From assembly GCA_037447605.1 (NCBI GenBank), contig CM074812.1:2232001-2296000 (forward strand): a stretch of 64,000 nt of DNA. Direction: 5' to 3'. Position numbers and translations under genes: made by a program. This DNA comes from Zygnema circumcarinatum SAG 698-1b (Eukaryota > Plantae > Zygnematophyceae). Below, piece by piece: positions 62,801 through 64,000 of the stretch (position 1 is its first letter; every line of letters starts with the position of its first letter). The notes beneath the pieces are model-generated. The model was not told the DNA's origin. It did no database searches and was given only the letters and a program-made list of their open reading frames with translations.

Positions 62801-63759
62801 TCGCAAAACTTAAGGCAATCTTTAGCGCTCCTCTGTGTACTCTTTTCGCAAAAGTCATCATTCCATTCAGCCACTGTAGAATTGAAGCAATTCCCCTTAA
62901 TAGGCGGACATGTAGGTATGCCGCTCAGTTTGAACACGGGAGTCCCTGTCAAATAGTTGTTGGTGAAGTTAACAGCAGTCGTAAGAAGTACGGAATCAAC
63001 GTCCACGTTGAGGAGTCCAGTAAGAAAATTGTTTGCCAGGTTTCTGTCACAATAGAGAGCACATTGCACATTTATGAGCTCTTACAGTCAACTTGTACGA
63101 GGAAAGACAGGCTAGAATTTATCGAAATTTGGTGTCCTTGTGGGAAAAAAAACTGGCCTTCTATAGGCTGAGTTGACTGCTTCCTATTGGTACGACATGC
63201 CATACAAACAAACTCACATGGTTGCCAGATTGCGGAGCGTCCAAATCGTCGAAGGGATCTCTCCAGTCAGTTTATTATTGGATAAGTCCCTGCAAACAAT
63301 GCGGGTGTCCTAATTAGAAAAGTTTGGATGCCTTTATTGTAAATCCTCCAATAGCAAAAAGGACCTCACTCTTCATTTTGAGCACGAATGTTCAATTGAC
63401 TATGAGAGAGAAATTTAAAAGGACGACTTACAGGAATTCCAGGAGGGTGACCGTATCTAGGACGTCAGGGATGGCCCCTACCAAGTTATTTTCAGACGCG
63501 TACCTGCATTGAAATATTCCATACATTTTTATGTACAATAAGTGATATATCACTTTATCTGTAACTCGTCAACGCAACCAGGGAAAGTGAATCGTTGAAA
63601 CAGGGAAAACACATTCATAGATAATCAATTGAAGTTATCCAAGAGAGAACTAGATGTGTGGCATACAAACTTCGCCTGAAATCTTACAGGCTGGTGAGAG
63701 AGACACAGTCTCCAATACTCGATGAAATGTTCCCTGATAACTTGTTTTTATATAGGGAT
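56879..63759 (-). CDS. Multidomain protein: LRRs - Cys-rich/EGF - papain-like C1A cysteine protease - EGF - EGF - LysM x3 - Cys-rich tail; 5' end beyond window
   Basis: LRR exons 63688-63759, 63432-63503, 63218-63289. 62682-63043 (LRR + CAGHGIC..CTCNVGY). 62233-62412 (VKNQESC). 61543-~61345 (NSCW). 60626-60769. 60132-60351 ([15 protein letters not shown]). EGF 59623-59817, 59183-59326. LysM exons 58532-58650, 58167-58256, 57752-57862, 57356-57553. Final exon 56879-57094 with stop. No TM segment seen. Confidence 0.88.
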
Positions 63760-64000
63760 CTGCACATGAATGCATTGTGTTAAAGGAAGTATGCATTAGA
63801 ACTAAGGAACGTCCAAGTTGAATACTATCAACTGAAAAAATGTCACCTGCAAGCTTTTTTCCAAACAGAGTCAAACAATATGGCGAAACCCTAAAACTGT
63901 TTCCTTGATTCAAACTTTAACCTTCTAGTTCGCCTTCAAAAAATCTGAGCCAATCTGAACAAAGAAATAGTGGAATTATGAATTAAGCATCGTCAAATTT

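Noticed and set aside
63790-63900. Additional LRR-like exon (LTLFGKKLAGDIF)
   Set aside because: Lacks the conserved Asn and a clear phase-2 donor; left out of the gene model.

Overview
Intron-rich eukaryotic genomic DNA from a draft assembly, with eight 10-N gaps, all in repeats. Gene structure, tRNA-iMet-primed copia elements and TTTAGGG-like simple repeats suggest a green-lineage genome, most plausibly a streptophyte alga of the Zygnematophyceae (inference). Left to right: (1) a 5'-truncated LRR receptor-like kinase with 30 recognisable one-LRR-per-exon modules (349-17153, +). (2) The 3' half of a convergent EGF-EGF-LysM x3 gene (20565-23423, -). (3) A first exon of a type-II membrane protein and a 5'-truncated HPP-family gene among MITEs and solo LTRs (23.4-31.3 kb). 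(4) A ~22.5 kb nest of copia and gypsy/chromovirus LTR retrotransposons with resolvable TSDs and an internal 19 kb inversion (31313-53870). (5) A second copy of a ~6 kb segment (RLK 3' end plus LysM gene) that continues into a multi-exon gene encoding LRR-EGF-papain(C1A)-EGF-EGF-LysM x3-Cys-rich tail (56879->63759, -). Top candidates for novelty are this LRR/cysteine-protease/EGF/LysM fusion lying tail-to-tail with the LRR-RLK, tRNA-like Pol III A/B boxes inside gypsy LTRs, and an extra ~170-aa domain between Gag and protease in the chromoviruses. All exon models were read by eye from GT-AG sites and reading frame; no database searches were run.
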